In this document: in pieces, positions 9,937 to 20,177 of the stretch
Position numbering within the stretch: position 1 is the first letter of the stretch
How the letters are laid out: the number at the start of each line of letters is the position of its first letter
Assembly (NCBI GenBank): GCA_029288725.1
Contig: JARIGS010000010.1
Span: 103,883 to 167,882, forward strand
Source: Candidatus Nomurabacteria bacterium
GTDB lineage: Bacteria > Patescibacteriota > Minisyncoccia > Phycocordibacterales > UBA9973
Length of the DNA stretch: 64,000 bases
Direction of reading: 5' to 3'
Translations under genes and position numbers: made by a program
The notes under the pieces: model-generated
What the model was told of the DNA's origin: nothing
What the model saw: the letters and a program-made list of their open reading frames with translations, nothing else
Database searches by the model: none

Positions 9937-11361
9937 TTATTGTTTTGGCTTCTTAAGCACAATATGCAGTTCCTCTACTTGCTTGTCGCTGATAGTTGAA
10001 GGGGCGTTCATCATCGGATCCTTGCCTTCACCGGTTTTTGGAAAGGCCATCACCTCACGGATGTTATTCTCATTCAACAGCAGCATCATCAGGCGATCAA
10101 AGCCCCAGGCAATGCCACCATGTGGCGGAGTACCAACTTTGAATGCCTGCAGCATGTGACCGAAATCCTTTTCGATAGTGTCAGCACCATGACCGAGCAA
10201 TTCAAACACCTTTGAAAGGGCTTCGAATGAATGGTTACGGATAGAGCCACCGCCAATTTCAAAACCGTTCAAGCAGATGTCGTATTGTGTGGTGAGAATT
10301 TCGCCGACATTTTGTTTATTCATCAAACTATCCATGTGTTCCTCAATTGGTCGAGAAAATGGATTGTGGGTATAGGTCCATTCACCCTGGGCATCAGGGT
10401 TGTCACTCTTGCTGGTCGCTTCAAAGAATGGAAAATCGATCACCCAGCAAAATGCCAAAAGGTCAGGATCATTCTTGTCTTCACGAATATCGGGACGGTC
10501 GTTACCGTACTGCTCCATAGCGTCTTTGTATGAAATACGAGGAAATGGCATTTGCTGAATGCGCTTTTCAGGAAAGAGCTTCTGGACGATATTGATCAAA
10601 AGGTTTTCGTTCACAGCCATCACCATCTCGCGATCAACAAAACTCATTTCCATATCGAGCTGAGTAAACTCCGGCTGACGGTCACCACGACCGTCCTCAT
10701 CGCGCATGCATTTTGCAAACTGAAAATAGCGCTCAATACCACCGGTCATCAGCAATTGCTTGTACTGCTGCGGAGACTGCGGCAATGCATAAAAGTGATT
10801 TGGGTACAGGCGTGATGGCACGACATAGTCACGCGCACCTTCAGGAGTGGACTTGGTCAAAATAGGTGTTTCGACTTCGATGAATTTCTCGTCATGCAAA
10901 AAGTCACGAACAAATTTCTGGACTTCGTCACGCTTGCGCATATTGCGCTGCATGCGAGCACTGCGTAGATCAAGATAGCGATGCTTCAAACGTACCTCTT
11001 CACTCACTTCCTTGGTGTCAGTGTTGATCTCAAACGGCAATGGCTCTGCCTTGTTTAAAATGGTGAGACCGGTAATTTCCAATTCAATGTCACCGTTCTG
11101 CTTGTCAGCCTGGACATTGCGCTCTGGGCGCTTGTTGACGATGCCTTCTACCTGCACGACGGATTCTGGTCGGGCATCCTTTACCGCTTCAGCCATTGCT
11201 TCAGCGCGATTGGGCAAAATCACCCCCTGAATGTAACCAGTCATGTCGCGGAAATCAAAAAAGACCAATTTCCCCTGATCACGACGGACATCAATCCATC
11301 CTTTTAATACAACAGTTTCCCCTGCATGCGCTCCCGCGTCACCAATATATGTTCGTTCCAT
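9937..11361 (-). CDS. aspS: Aspartate-tRNA ligase, short form lacking the GAD insertion
   Basis: STPEGARDY, LPQSPQQYKQ, DRQPEFTQLD, PPHGGIAWGFDRL; 474 aa. Confidence 0.95.
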   Translation of the reverse strand: MERTYIGDAGAHAGETVVLKGWIDVRRDQGKLVFFDFRDMTGYIQGVILPNRAEAMAEAVKDARPESVVQVEGIVNKRPERNVQADKQNGDIELEITGLTILNKAEPLPFEINTDTKEVSEEVRLKHRYLDLRSARMQRNMRKRDEVQKFVRDFLHDEKFIEVETPILTKSTPEGARDYVVPSRLYPNHFYALPQSPQQYKQLLMTGGIERYFQFAKCMRDEDGRGDRQPEFTQLDMEMSFVDREMVMAVNENLLINIVQKLFPEKRIQQMPFPRISYKDAMEQYGNDRPDIREDKNDPDLLAFCWVIDFPFFEATSKSDNPDAQGEWTYTHNPFSRPIEEHMDSLMNKQNVGEILTTQYDICLNGFEIGGGSIRNHSFEALSKVFELLGHGADTIEKDFGHMLQAFKVGTPPHGGIAWGFDRLMMLLLNENNIREVMAFPKTGEGKDPMMNAPSTISDKQVEELHIVLKKPKQ

Positions 11362-11393
11362 AATCTCCCCATTCTACCCGAAAAAGCCCAATA

Positions 11394-11417
11394 AAAAAAG
11401 CCCCGTGGGGCTTTTTT
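11394..11417. terminator. Intrinsic terminator hairpin
   Basis: aaaaaagcccc-gt-ggggctttttt at the stop of ORF 11416..11886. Confidence 0.75.
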
Positions 11418-11886
11418 AGGCAGCGGCCAAATGAGCGAACAATGGATTAAGCGGGACGGTATACAGCATCTCTCCCTCAATCAGGAAAAATGGTAAATCT
11501 GCCCTGGTCACTGTCATACTTCTTAAACTGTAGCGTGACTCAAATAATCGGTACTCAACGTGGTTGCTTTTGGTAAAACCTTCAGCATCCAATGCATAGA
11601 CATACCCGCGAAAATTTTCATCTAATAGTTGTTTTAGAATATTTTCACAGATAGTAAATGTCACTGCCCATCGTGAGCCCGAGGTAGAAATGGTGTACGC
11701 AGATTTTCCATCCTTGCAACCCCTTGTCAGAGCCATAAAGATAGCAATCTCCGGATATTGAGTGGCGCAGAGAGCCAGTTCTCCGTCAGTGAAATGCGGA
11801 TGCAGCTCATCAACTTTTTTCGGACTGCCGTGGAGCAAGCAGCGTTCAGAGGCGACGAGGTGTCGCAGACTATTTAATCTGTTCAT
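11416..11886 (-). CDS. Hypothetical protein, possible ADP-ribosyltransferase-like fold; paralogue of 61609..62043
   Basis: LLHGS...LHP, CAT...AIFMAL, GYVY motifs shared with 61609..62043; own promoter and terminator. Confidence 0.6.
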   Translation of the reverse strand: MNRLNSLRHLVASERCLLHGSPKKVDELHPHFTDGELALCATQYPEIAIFMALTRGCKDGKSAYTISTSGSRWAVTFTICENILKQLLDENFRGYVYALDAEGFTKSNHVEYRLFESRYSLRSMTVTRADLPFFLIEGEMLYTVPLNPLFAHLAAA

Positions 11887-11949
11887 GATTTAAGGTTTTC
11901 ATCATTAAATCACGTTTTTATAAAAAAGCAACCAGGTGCTCTGTGGCTA

Positions 11950-12585
11950 TTACTTCTTAACAGCAATAATTCTAAACATATGCCAATGTTTTGTTTTTTG
12001 AATACCGCTAATTTCTGACATAGCAGTAGTTCCTTCCTTTTCAATTTCGGTTAGCTTTTTTATATCAAAATTTTTAAATAAATCCTCTAACTCATTCTTA
12101 GTAAGAAAGCTCATACTTGCTCCTTCTTGATTCCACTCATCATGTATTCCAAGGAAGTTTCCAGAAAATACCCCACCGGTTTTTAGTGAATTCTCAATCT
12201 TTTTAAATATTGAATTTAGGCGTTCAAGAGAAAAATGAAAAAGAACATCCTCTGCATTTACAAGAATAAGTGTATCTTCTGGGAAATTCCATTTTCCAAT
12301 AACCTCTTGAACAAAGGTAAGCGAAGGATTATTTAGTGCTTCAGCAATTGAAAAAGAAGCCGGAGAAGGGTCAACAGCTGTTACTTCAAAACCTTTAGCT
12401 AATAGAAATTTAGTGTCTCGTAAACTCCCCGCACCAATATCTAATGCCTTTCCTGGTTCAGGGCAATATTGGTCAACCGCTTTTTCTAAATTAGGAGTAT
12501 GAGGAACGTCTGCATGGAGTTCGTAATACTCCTTCCAGTCATAGCCTTCTTCATTGTTCTGAGTGTTATTAGGTATTTGCTCCAT
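11950..12585 (-). CDS. Class I SAM-dependent methyltransferase (TehB-like)
   Basis: ALDIGAGSLRD, VTAVD, LKTGGVF, KHWH. Confidence 0.85.
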   Translation of the reverse strand: MEQIPNNTQNNEEGYDWKEYYELHADVPHTPNLEKAVDQYCPEPGKALDIGAGSLRDTKFLLAKGFEVTAVDPSPASFSIAEALNNPSLTFVQEVIGKWNFPEDTLILVNAEDVLFHFSLERLNSIFKKIENSLKTGGVFSGNFLGIHDEWNQEGASMSFLTKNELEDLFKNFDIKKLTEIEKEGTTAMSEISGIQKTKHWHMFRIIAVKK

Positions 12586-12592
12586 AGTGCTA

Positions 12593-13564
12593 TTACTGCG
12601 TCAGTCCCACCGCTTCGTACACGTCAAAAATCTTTTTCATGGCGATGTCATTGGCTTTCATGGCGCCGGTGACGAGGATTTGCTGAACAAGTTTTGGATT
12701 CTGTTCATAGTGGGCACGACGTTCGCGCATTGGCGTGACAAAGGCAATGATGTCCTGAATAAGCAGCTTCTTGGCATCGCCATAGCCGAGACCCTGGGCA
12801 TACTGCCGCTTCAGCTCTTCGGAATCATTGAAGAGCTGGTGAATCTGATAGATAACCAGTTCATCAGGATTCTTTTCCTCATTGCGTTCGCGTGAGTCGG
12901 TCACGATCGACATGACGGCCTTGGTAATTTCCTCATCAGTACCAAAGAGTGGGATGGTATTGTTGTAGCTTTTTGACATCTTGCGACCATCGGTTCCTGG
13001 CACTACGCCCGTCGTCTCTTGAATAAGCGGTTCAGGCAATGAGAACAGTTCGCCGTACTGGAAGTTGAATTTCTGGGCAATATCACGCGCATATTCAACA
13101 TGCTGCTTTTGATCCGCTCCCACCGGTACCATTGCTGCATCGTAGAGCAAAATGTCAGCAGCCATCAGTACTGGATACGTAAACGTGCCGGCAGTAACCT
13201 CCTTCCCTTTTGCTTCCGCATCCTTGTAGGCATGAGCACGCATGAGATACGGCACCGTCACGAGACAGTCAAAGATCCAGGCAAGATTGGCATGAGCCGG
13301 TACGTCAGACTGTTTGAAGAAAATGACCTTTTCCGGGTCGAGACCGGCACCCAGATAGTCCAGTACCGCATTATGGGTATGTTCAATGAGCTCATCCTTG
13401 GTAAGGACGTTTTCTGTCAGGGCATGAAGGTTCGGCAAAAAGACAAATGCCTCATAATCATCCTGCATGGCAATGAATTGGCGAATGGCGCCAAAGTAAT
13501 TTCCCACGTGAATGCGGCCAGTTGGCTTCACGCCTGAAACAAGACGAGGTTTTGGGGATTCCAT
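12593..13564 (-). CDS. trpS: Tryptophan-tRNA ligase
   Basis: SGVKPTG, HVGN, YPVLMAADIL, VPVGADQ, KMSKS. Confidence 0.97.
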   Translation of the reverse strand: MESPKPRLVSGVKPTGRIHVGNYFGAIRQFIAMQDDYEAFVFLPNLHALTENVLTKDELIEHTHNAVLDYLGAGLDPEKVIFFKQSDVPAHANLAWIFDCLVTVPYLMRAHAYKDAEAKGKEVTAGTFTYPVLMAADILLYDAAMVPVGADQKQHVEYARDIAQKFNFQYGELFSLPEPLIQETTGVVPGTDGRKMSKSYNNTIPLFGTDEEITKAVMSIVTDSRERNEEKNPDELVIYQIHQLFNDSEELKRQYAQGLGYGDAKKLLIQDIIAFVTPMRERRAHYEQNPKLVQQILVTGAMKANDIAMKKIFDVYEAVGLTQ

Positions 13565-13657
13565 GGGGATATCATACCAAAAAATAAGGCTCTTTGGAAA
13601 TAGCCGGTTCTTTTTATAAGTTTTTTATCAAGAAATAATAATGATACAATAAAGCCA

Positions 13658-15040
13658 ATGACCAAGGCTGGCGCATCAACCTCACTTCGTATTCCCCCTC
13701 ATGACCTTGAGGCTGAACAGGCAGTACTTGGTGCGTTGATGCTTCGCCCGGCGGCAATTCACGACATCGTTGACCTGCTTACCCCAGAAATGTTCTATGC
13801 CAAAAAGCATGCGATCATTTACAAGACCATTACTGAACTTTCCCTCAAAAATGAGCCAATTGATGTCTTGTCAGTCGCTTCCAAGCTGAAAGAAAAGAAA
13901 TGCCTCGATGAAATCGGCGGCAATGCCTATTTAAACGAGCTCATGAGCAATGTGCCCTCTACCGTGAACATCCGTCATTACGGTGATATTGTCTACAAGA
14001 AATACGTCCTTCGCTCACTGATCGATGCTTCAGAAAACATCGCCGCTCTTTCCTATGAGCAGAATGACATGGATGTCAGTGACATTTTGGATACCGCTGA
14101 GAAAAGCATTTTCCGTATTTCCTCTGGTATGAATGTCAAAAATGCGTTCGTATCCATCAAGTCATCATTGATCGATACCATGGAACAGACTATTCGCCTC
14201 CATGAGAATAAGGAAGAATTGCGCGGTGTACCAACGGGCTATACCGATCTCGACGCCATCACTGCCGGTTTGCAGAAATCCGACCTCATCATTCTTGCCG
14301 CCCGACCAAGTATGGGTAAGACCACCTTTGCATTGGACATGGCCCGCAATGTCGCTCTTTCCGGCATTCCGGTCGGCATCTTCTCACTGGAAATGAGTGC
14401 CCAGCAGCTTGTTCAACGCATGCTCTCAGCCGAAAGTCGCGTTGATGCCTGGAGTATTCGTACTGGTCACGGTCTTCATGCCCAGCACTTTACTGCTCTC
14501 CAGGAAGCAGCCAGCCGTTTGCAGAAGGCACCGATTTACATTGATGACCAGGCTGGTAACTCCATCGTCAAAATGCGTGCCGTTGCCCGCCGTCTCAAAA
14601 GTGAGCATGGTCTTGGGCTTATTGTCGTTGACTACCTTCAGCTGATGACGACCAGCAAAAACTATGACAACATGGTCAACCAGGTCACCGAAATTTCCCG
14701 CTCATTGAAGCAACTTGCCCGTGAGCTCGATGTGCCAGTCTTGGCATTGTCACAGCTTTCTCGCGCCGTCGAAAGCCGCGGTGGTCGCCCTCGCCTCTCC
14801 GACCTTCGTGATTCCGGTTCCATTGAACAAGATGCCGACTTGGTTATGTTCATTCACCGTGAAGACCGTTACAAGGAACAGCATGAGAAGGACAACATCA
14901 CCGAAATCCTGATCGAAAAGCACCGTAACGGTGCGGTCGGCATGGTCCAGCTGCTCTTTGATGGCAAGACTACCTCATTCCTCAATATGGACAAGACCCA
15001 TATGCCTGTGGCCAAGGCTGCCTCACTTGATGATTTCTAA
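13658..15040 (+). CDS. dnaB: Replicative DNA helicase
   Basis: AARPSMGKT, FSLEM, VDYLQL, LSDLRDSGSIEQDAD. Confidence 0.98.
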   Translation: MTKAGASTSLRIPPHDLEAEQAVLGALMLRPAAIHDIVDLLTPEMFYAKKHAIIYKTITELSLKNEPIDVLSVASKLKEKKCLDEIGGNAYLNELMSNVPSTVNIRHYGDIVYKKYVLRSLIDASENIAALSYEQNDMDVSDILDTAEKSIFRISSGMNVKNAFVSIKSSLIDTMEQTIRLHENKEELRGVPTGYTDLDAITAGLQKSDLIILAARPSMGKTTFALDMARNVALSGIPVGIFSLEMSAQQLVQRMLSAESRVDAWSIRTGHGLHAQHFTALQEAASRLQKAPIYIDDQAGNSIVKMRAVARRLKSEHGLGLIVVDYLQLMTTSKNYDNMVNQVTEISRSLKQLARELDVPVLALSQLSRAVESRGGRPRLSDLRDSGSIEQDADLVMFIHREDRYKEQHEKDNITEILIEKHRNGAVGMVQLLFDGKTTSFLNMDKTHMPVAKAASLDDF

Positions 15041-15043
15041 TAT

Positions 15044-15649
15044 ATGAACGATTCCATTGACCGATTAACAAAGCTCTTTTTGAAATTGCCGGGTATCGGC
15101 GAGCGACAGGCTCGCCGCTTTGCGTATTTCATGATGACGCAGCAGGAAGGATACGTTGACTCATTGGCCCGTGCCCTCATCGCTGTTCGGGCGCATGCCA
15201 ATACCTGCAGCCGTTGTCTACGTATCTTTGAAGGCAATCCGGGAATGTGCAGTATCTGCAGCGACGACCATCGCGATCAGACTAAGGTGGCAGTAGTCGA
15301 AAAGAGTCAGGACATCGAAAGCTTTGCCCGGACCGATTACAACGGCGTCTTTTTTGTTCTGGGTGGCCTGATCCCGATCATGCAAAAGGAAATCCTTCAG
15401 GGAACCAATGCCCAGAAACTGATTGACCGGGTGGCAACTGAGGCTACTAACGAATCATTGCAAGAAATCATTCTTGCATTCCCTCTCACTCCCAACGGTG
15501 AACACACTGACAGCGCCCTTCGCGAGCTATTGGCTCCCGTTGCCGGCGCTGTGATGATTACCTCACTGGGTCGTGGCCTTTCAACCGGTACCGAACTTGA
15601 ATATGCCGATCCGGCATCGCTGGAGGCTTCACTGAAAAAGCGAGAATAA
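15044..15649 (+). CDS. recR: Recombination mediator RecR
   Basis: LPGIGERQARR helix-hairpin-helix, CxxC...CxxC zinc finger, TOPRIM, ELEYAD. Confidence 0.93.
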   Translation: MNDSIDRLTKLFLKLPGIGERQARRFAYFMMTQQEGYVDSLARALIAVRAHANTCSRCLRIFEGNPGMCSICSDDHRDQTKVAVVEKSQDIESFARTDYNGVFFVLGGLIPIMQKEILQGTNAQKLIDRVATEATNESLQEIILAFPLTPNGEHTDSALRELLAPVAGAVMITSLGRGLSTGTELEYADPASLEASLKKRE

Positions 15650-15675
15650 AAAAGACCCTCTGTGAGGGTCTTTTT
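15649..15675. terminator. Bidirectional terminator between convergent recR and rplU
   Basis: aaaaagaccctc-tgt-gagggtcttttt. Confidence 0.85.
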
Positions 15676-15676
15676 G

Positions 15677-16099
15677 TTAGGCGATTGCAGTAATGCGCAC
15701 TTTGATAAATGGCTGTCGGTGGCCGTTCTTTTTCATGTAGCGACTTTTCTGCTTGTATTTGATTACCATCACCTTTGGACCGCGTCCAACGAGGGCAACT
15801 TCACCAGTTACCACTGAGCCGGCGATAAAAGGAGCGCCGATAGTAGTGTCAGTGCCATTGTCCTTAAGCAACACTTCGTTAAAAGAAACGACATCGCCCT
15901 TGGCCTTTTCATCCTTGAACTTTTCGATAGTGATCACTTCGCCCACTGCCACACGATACTGCTTGCCACCTGTTTTGATGACAGCGAATTCGCCTGCTAT
16001 TGCCTTTACCGCCTTAGCAGCTGCTGGCTTTTTTACGGTTGTTTTTGCTGCGCCGGTCGCTTTTTTAGCTGGGGCTGATGTTGTTTTTGCTGTTGCCAT
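15677..16099 (-). CDS. rplU: 50S ribosomal protein bL21 with Lys/Ala-rich N-terminal extension
   Basis: FAVIKTGGKQYRV, GHRQPF. Confidence 0.96.
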   Translation of the reverse strand: MATAKTTSAPAKKATGAAKTTVKKPAAAKAVKAIAGEFAVIKTGGKQYRVAVGEVITIEKFKDEKAKGDVVSFNEVLLKDNGTDTTIGAPFIAGSVVTGEVALVGRGPKVMVIKYKQKSRYMKKNGHRQPFIKVRITAIA

Positions 16100-16175
16100 A
16101 TATATAGATTAGAGCCTATAGTATACCTATTTCTGCCAATAGTGCAAGACCCTGACAGTATGCTAAAATAAGCCC

Positions 16176-17093
16176 ATGATTTCCCGCTATACCTACCACG
16201 GGCTGACTTGGGTCGACCTTGAATCCCCTAACCGGGAGGAAATCCTCCATATTAGCGAGGAATTCGGCCTTTCCAAGCTGGTGGAGGAGGAAATGTTCTC
16301 CGGCACCCTGCGTTCAAAGGTTGACCTCTACGATCAATTCATTTATCTGATTCTTCACTTCCCTGTCTTTAACAAGCATACGGGCAGCCACGGTGACCAA
16401 GAGATTGATTTTATTGTCGGCAAAAAGTTCATTATTACCGTTCGCTATGAGGCAATAGAGCCGATTCAGGCCTTTGCAGCATTATTTGAAAATGTTGAAA
16501 AGCTTGACCAGCACAAGAACATTGCCGACAGTGGCGTGATGTTCATGGAAATGATGAAGCATCTCTACAAGGCATCAGCCATCGAGCTCGAACATATTAC
16601 CAGTGCTATCCCCACGATTGAACACAATATCTTTCACGGCAAAGAGGAAAAAATGGTACGGATCATTTCTCAGACCAATCGCCACCTTCTCGACTTCAAG
16701 CAAGCCATTCGTTTCCATGGCGACATTCTCCGTTCGTATGAATCAGCGAGTAAGCGCTTCTTTGGTACGGATTATGGCTACTACGCCGAACTCATCACTT
16801 CAGAATTCAACAAGGTCAACAACGTATTGGAGGGCCATCACGACTTGCTCAAGGAATTGCAACGCACCAATGACTCACTGCTTTCAGCAAAGTCCAATGA
16901 AATCCTGCGTACCTTTACCATTCTCACGTTCATTATGCTGCCACTGAGCATTATTACCGGTGTTTTCAGTATGAACATTGGCGGTGGATTTACTCTTATC
17001 AAGACTGTCGGTGATTTCTATTTTATTATTGGTGCAATGGTGCTGACGGGATTGTGTATGATCATATACTTCCGTTTGCGCCGCTGGTTATAA
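16176..17093 (+). CDS. CorA-family divalent cation transporter
   Basis: TWVDL, C-terminal two TMs with GVFSMN (variant of GMN). Confidence 0.88.
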   Translation: MISRYTYHGLTWVDLESPNREEILHISEEFGLSKLVEEEMFSGTLRSKVDLYDQFIYLILHFPVFNKHTGSHGDQEIDFIVGKKFIITVRYEAIEPIQAFAALFENVEKLDQHKNIADSGVMFMEMMKHLYKASAIELEHITSAIPTIEHNIFHGKEEKMVRIISQTNRHLLDFKQAIRFHGDILRSYESASKRFFGTDYGYYAELITSEFNKVNNVLEGHHDLLKELQRTNDSLLSAKSNEILRTFTILTFIMLPLSIITGVFSMNIGGGFTLIKTVGDFYFIIGAMVLTGLCMIIYFRLRRWL

Positions 17094-17102
17094 TCTATTT
17101 CT

Positions 17103-18473
17103 ATGAATCTCTACAACACCAAATCCCGTACTATCGAACTGTTTACCCCTCTTACTGAAGGCGTAGTAACCATGTATGCCTGCGGTCCGACCGTCTATGA
17201 CTACACCCACATCGGTCACATGCGCAAATACATCGGCGATGACATCTTGCGACGCACCCTCACGCTCGAAGGATACAACGTGAAGCATGTCATGAATATC
17301 ACTGACGTCGGCCACCTTACTGACGATGGCGATGAAGGCGAGGACAAGCTGGAAAAAGGGGCAAAAAAGGAAGGGCGCAGCGTCTGGGATATTGCCGCAT
17401 TCTATACCGACTATTTCCATGACACGATGGCAGCAGTCAATGTATTGCCCCCGATCATTGAGGCAAAGGCGACTGACCATATCAAGGAAATGATTGCCTT
17501 GGCCGAAAAGCTGCTTGCTGAAGGCATTGCCTACGAAACTGCTCACGCTATTTATTTCGACGTCGCCAAGGATCCCCATTATGGCGAGCTCTCAGGTCAG
17601 AAGCTCAGCGACAAGGAAACCGCCGTGCGTGACGATGTCGTCATCGATCCGGACAAGAAAAATCCGGCTGACTTTTCATTGTGGTTCAAGCGTGTCGGTA
17701 AATTTGCCGATCACAGTATGTATTGGCCAAGTCCATGGGGTGACGGCTTTCCCGGTTGGCATATCGAATGTTCGGCTATGGCGATGCACTATCTCGGTGA
17801 GACCATCGATATTCACACTGGTGGCATCGACCACATCCCCGTCCACCATGAAAATGAAATTGCCCAAAGTGAATGTGCAACGCATAAGCAATTCGTTCGT
17901 TACTGGGTCCACCATGACTTTCTCAATGTAGAGGGAGAAAAGATGTCCAAGAGCAAGCAGAATTTCTATACCATCAATGACATCACTGCCCGCCAGATTG
18001 ACCCTCTTGCAACACGCTTGCTCTTCATGCAGACAAGCTATCGCAAGCCGCTTAACTTCACCTGGGAAGGATTGGAAGTAGCCGGCCAGCAATTAAAAAA
18101 GCTGCAGAAGTTTGCAGCGCATCATACCCAGCAAGGAACAGTACACGACAGTTATATGGCAGCATTTACAGTCGGGCTTGCTGATGACTTGAACACCGCT
18201 AAGGCCCTTGCCACAGTATGGGAATTGCTTGGTGACAACACTATTGCCGAAGCAGACAAATGGGCAACGCTTCTGCGGTTTGATGCTGTTCTTGGTCTTG
18301 GTTTGGATGCAGTAGAAAAATTTACCATCAGCCCTGAAGCGCAAACCCTGCTCGATGCGCGTAATACTGCCCGCACCAATAAGGATTTTGCTCAATCAGA
18401 CGAACTACGCCGCCAATTGGAAGGTCTTGGGTACGAGGTCTTGGATACTGCCGATGGCACCAAGCTCTATTAA
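17103..18473 (+). CDS. cysS: Cysteine-tRNA ligase
   Basis: CGPTVY, HIGH, PGWHIECSAM, KMSKS. Confidence 0.97.
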   Translation: MNLYNTKSRTIELFTPLTEGVVTMYACGPTVYDYTHIGHMRKYIGDDILRRTLTLEGYNVKHVMNITDVGHLTDDGDEGEDKLEKGAKKEGRSVWDIAAFYTDYFHDTMAAVNVLPPIIEAKATDHIKEMIALAEKLLAEGIAYETAHAIYFDVAKDPHYGELSGQKLSDKETAVRDDVVIDPDKKNPADFSLWFKRVGKFADHSMYWPSPWGDGFPGWHIECSAMAMHYLGETIDIHTGGIDHIPVHHENEIAQSECATHKQFVRYWVHHDFLNVEGEKMSKSKQNFYTINDITARQIDPLATRLLFMQTSYRKPLNFTWEGLEVAGQQLKKLQKFAAHHTQQGTVHDSYMAAFTVGLADDLNTAKALATVWELLGDNTIAEADKWATLLRFDAVLGLGLDAVEKFTISPEAQTLLDARNTARTNKDFAQSDELRRQLEGLGYEVLDTADGTKLY

Positions 18474-18628
18474 TTTACAAACGTTTTAAGTATCTTTTCA
18501 AAATTCCCTAAAGCTGTTCTGCATCTCTGAGAGGCATCTCTAATCGAATCACCGAGATCGTTAATTGAGACCGCAATATCTCTAAGCGTTATTTCTTTAT
18601 CGGTATCGATCTTTGTATGCTTTTTCAT
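18470..18628 (-). CDS. 52-aa hypothetical protein (not in ORF track)
   Basis: Manual translation MKKHTKIDTDKEITLRDIAVSINDLGDSIRDASQRCRTALGNFEKILKTFVN; TATACT 6 nt before ATG; fills the gap. Confidence 0.55.
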   Translation of the reverse strand: MKKHTKIDTDKEITLRDIAVSINDLGDSIRDASQRCRTALGNFEKILKTFVN

Positions 18629-18678
18629 GTCTCCAGTATACACCAGGAGAATAAAATAAAACCCAAGAAATAATAAGC

Positions 18679-20151
18679 TTATGCTAAAGGGTTTTTAGGC
18701 TTAAGGAGTGGAAATAGCTGCGTTTCGCGCAATGGCTTGTCTACCAAAAAGGCAAAGAAACGTTCCCCGCCAATACCAAAGCCAAACGCTGGGGGCATGC
18801 CGTGTTCAAGCATTTCGACAAATTCATCATCAGACATCATTGCTTCCTCGTCTCCTTCTTCAATAAGCTTCTTCTGTAATGCAAAACGTTCCGCCTGATC
18901 CACCGGATCATTGAGCTCTGAGAAACCATTGGTGCATTCGGCACCAGCAATAATCAACTGAACGCGCTCAGTAAGCATTGGATTTTCTGGCTTTGCCTTT
19001 GCCAATGGTGATACGAGCTTGGGTACATCAATAAGCCAGGCTGGTCCACTGATTTGCTTGCGGCAATATTTCCACAATGTATCAGTCAAACGCTCTCTGT
19101 TGGCACCTTCATAACTGACGCCGAGTTCTGCCAATTTCTTTCGCATCTCTTCATCAGAGGCAGTAAGGACATTGATGCCGGTCATCTTTTCGACGGTTTC
19201 AACGTACGAGATGCGTGGCCATTCCGCTCCTGACAAATCAAATGAATGCCCACGGGTCGTAAATTGCAAAGTACCAAATGCCTCCTGAACAACAGTCTTG
19301 AGCATTCGTTCGGTAAACTCAATGCCTTGCTTATAGTCCATATAGGCAGCATAGAATTCCATATTAGTGAATTCCTGCAAGTGCTCAGGACTCGAGCCTT
19401 CATTGCGATAGACACGGCCGATTTCAAAGACCTTAGGGAATCCTGCGGCCAGCAAACGCTTCTGCCACAATTCACCGACAGAAATACGCATGTAGACTTC
19501 CATATCAAAGTCATTGTGGTGAGCCTGGAACGGACGAGCCTCAGCTCCGCCTGTCGTTACTTCCAATGTTGGTGTTTCTACTTCAAGAAACCCTTCATTG
19601 GTGAGGAAGGTGCGCATTGCCTGCCAGAATTTCGCCTTCTTTACAAAGAGGTCACGCAGTTCAGTATTTTGTAAAATATCCAAGTATCGCTTGCGGAAAC
19701 GCTCATCCTCGTCCTTCAAGCCATACCATGAATCCGGAATAGGCTGCAGACTTTTTGTAAGCATTTTCCACCCGCTGGTGAAAACACTTTGAGCCCCGCG
19801 CTGGGTAGTGTATGCCGTGCCCGTTACTTCAATGAAGTCGCCAACATCAACGGTATCACTAAAGAGTGCGTACGCATCAGTGTCCATCTCATCAGCCTTA
19901 AACAAGGCCTGGACTCGGCCGGTACCGTCATAGATATCACAAAAGGCAATGCCACCCTGTCCGCGCTTGCTCATCACACGTCCTGCAATCGTGACGACAT
20001 CCTTGCCACTCTCGTACAGCGCAAAACGGTCAAGAAACACCTCAATGGTGTCAGTACGGTGAGTTTCAGCCGGATACGGATTAATGCCCCTTTCCTCCAA
20101 TAATGCTTTCTTTTTCAGACGGTCTGCCCGCAATTCTTCGATCGATGCCAT
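18679..20151 (-). CDS. lysS: Lysine-tRNA ligase (class II)
   Basis: GGAEARPF, EIGRVYRNEG, FSELNDP, GMPP. Confidence 0.97.
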   Translation of the reverse strand: MASIEELRADRLKKKALLEERGINPYPAETHRTDTIEVFLDRFALYESGKDVVTIAGRVMSKRGQGGIAFCDIYDGTGRVQALFKADEMDTDAYALFSDTVDVGDFIEVTGTAYTTQRGAQSVFTSGWKMLTKSLQPIPDSWYGLKDEDERFRKRYLDILQNTELRDLFVKKAKFWQAMRTFLTNEGFLEVETPTLEVTTGGAEARPFQAHHNDFDMEVYMRISVGELWQKRLLAAGFPKVFEIGRVYRNEGSSPEHLQEFTNMEFYAAYMDYKQGIEFTERMLKTVVQEAFGTLQFTTRGHSFDLSGAEWPRISYVETVEKMTGINVLTASDEEMRKKLAELGVSYEGANRERLTDTLWKYCRKQISGPAWLIDVPKLVSPLAKAKPENPMLTERVQLIIAGAECTNGFSELNDPVDQAERFALQKKLIEEGDEEAMMSDDEFVEMLEHGMPPAFGFGIGGERFFAFLVDKPLRETQLFPLLKPKNPLA

Positions 20152-20177
20152 ATGGTGTTCAGTATACTATAGAGCGA

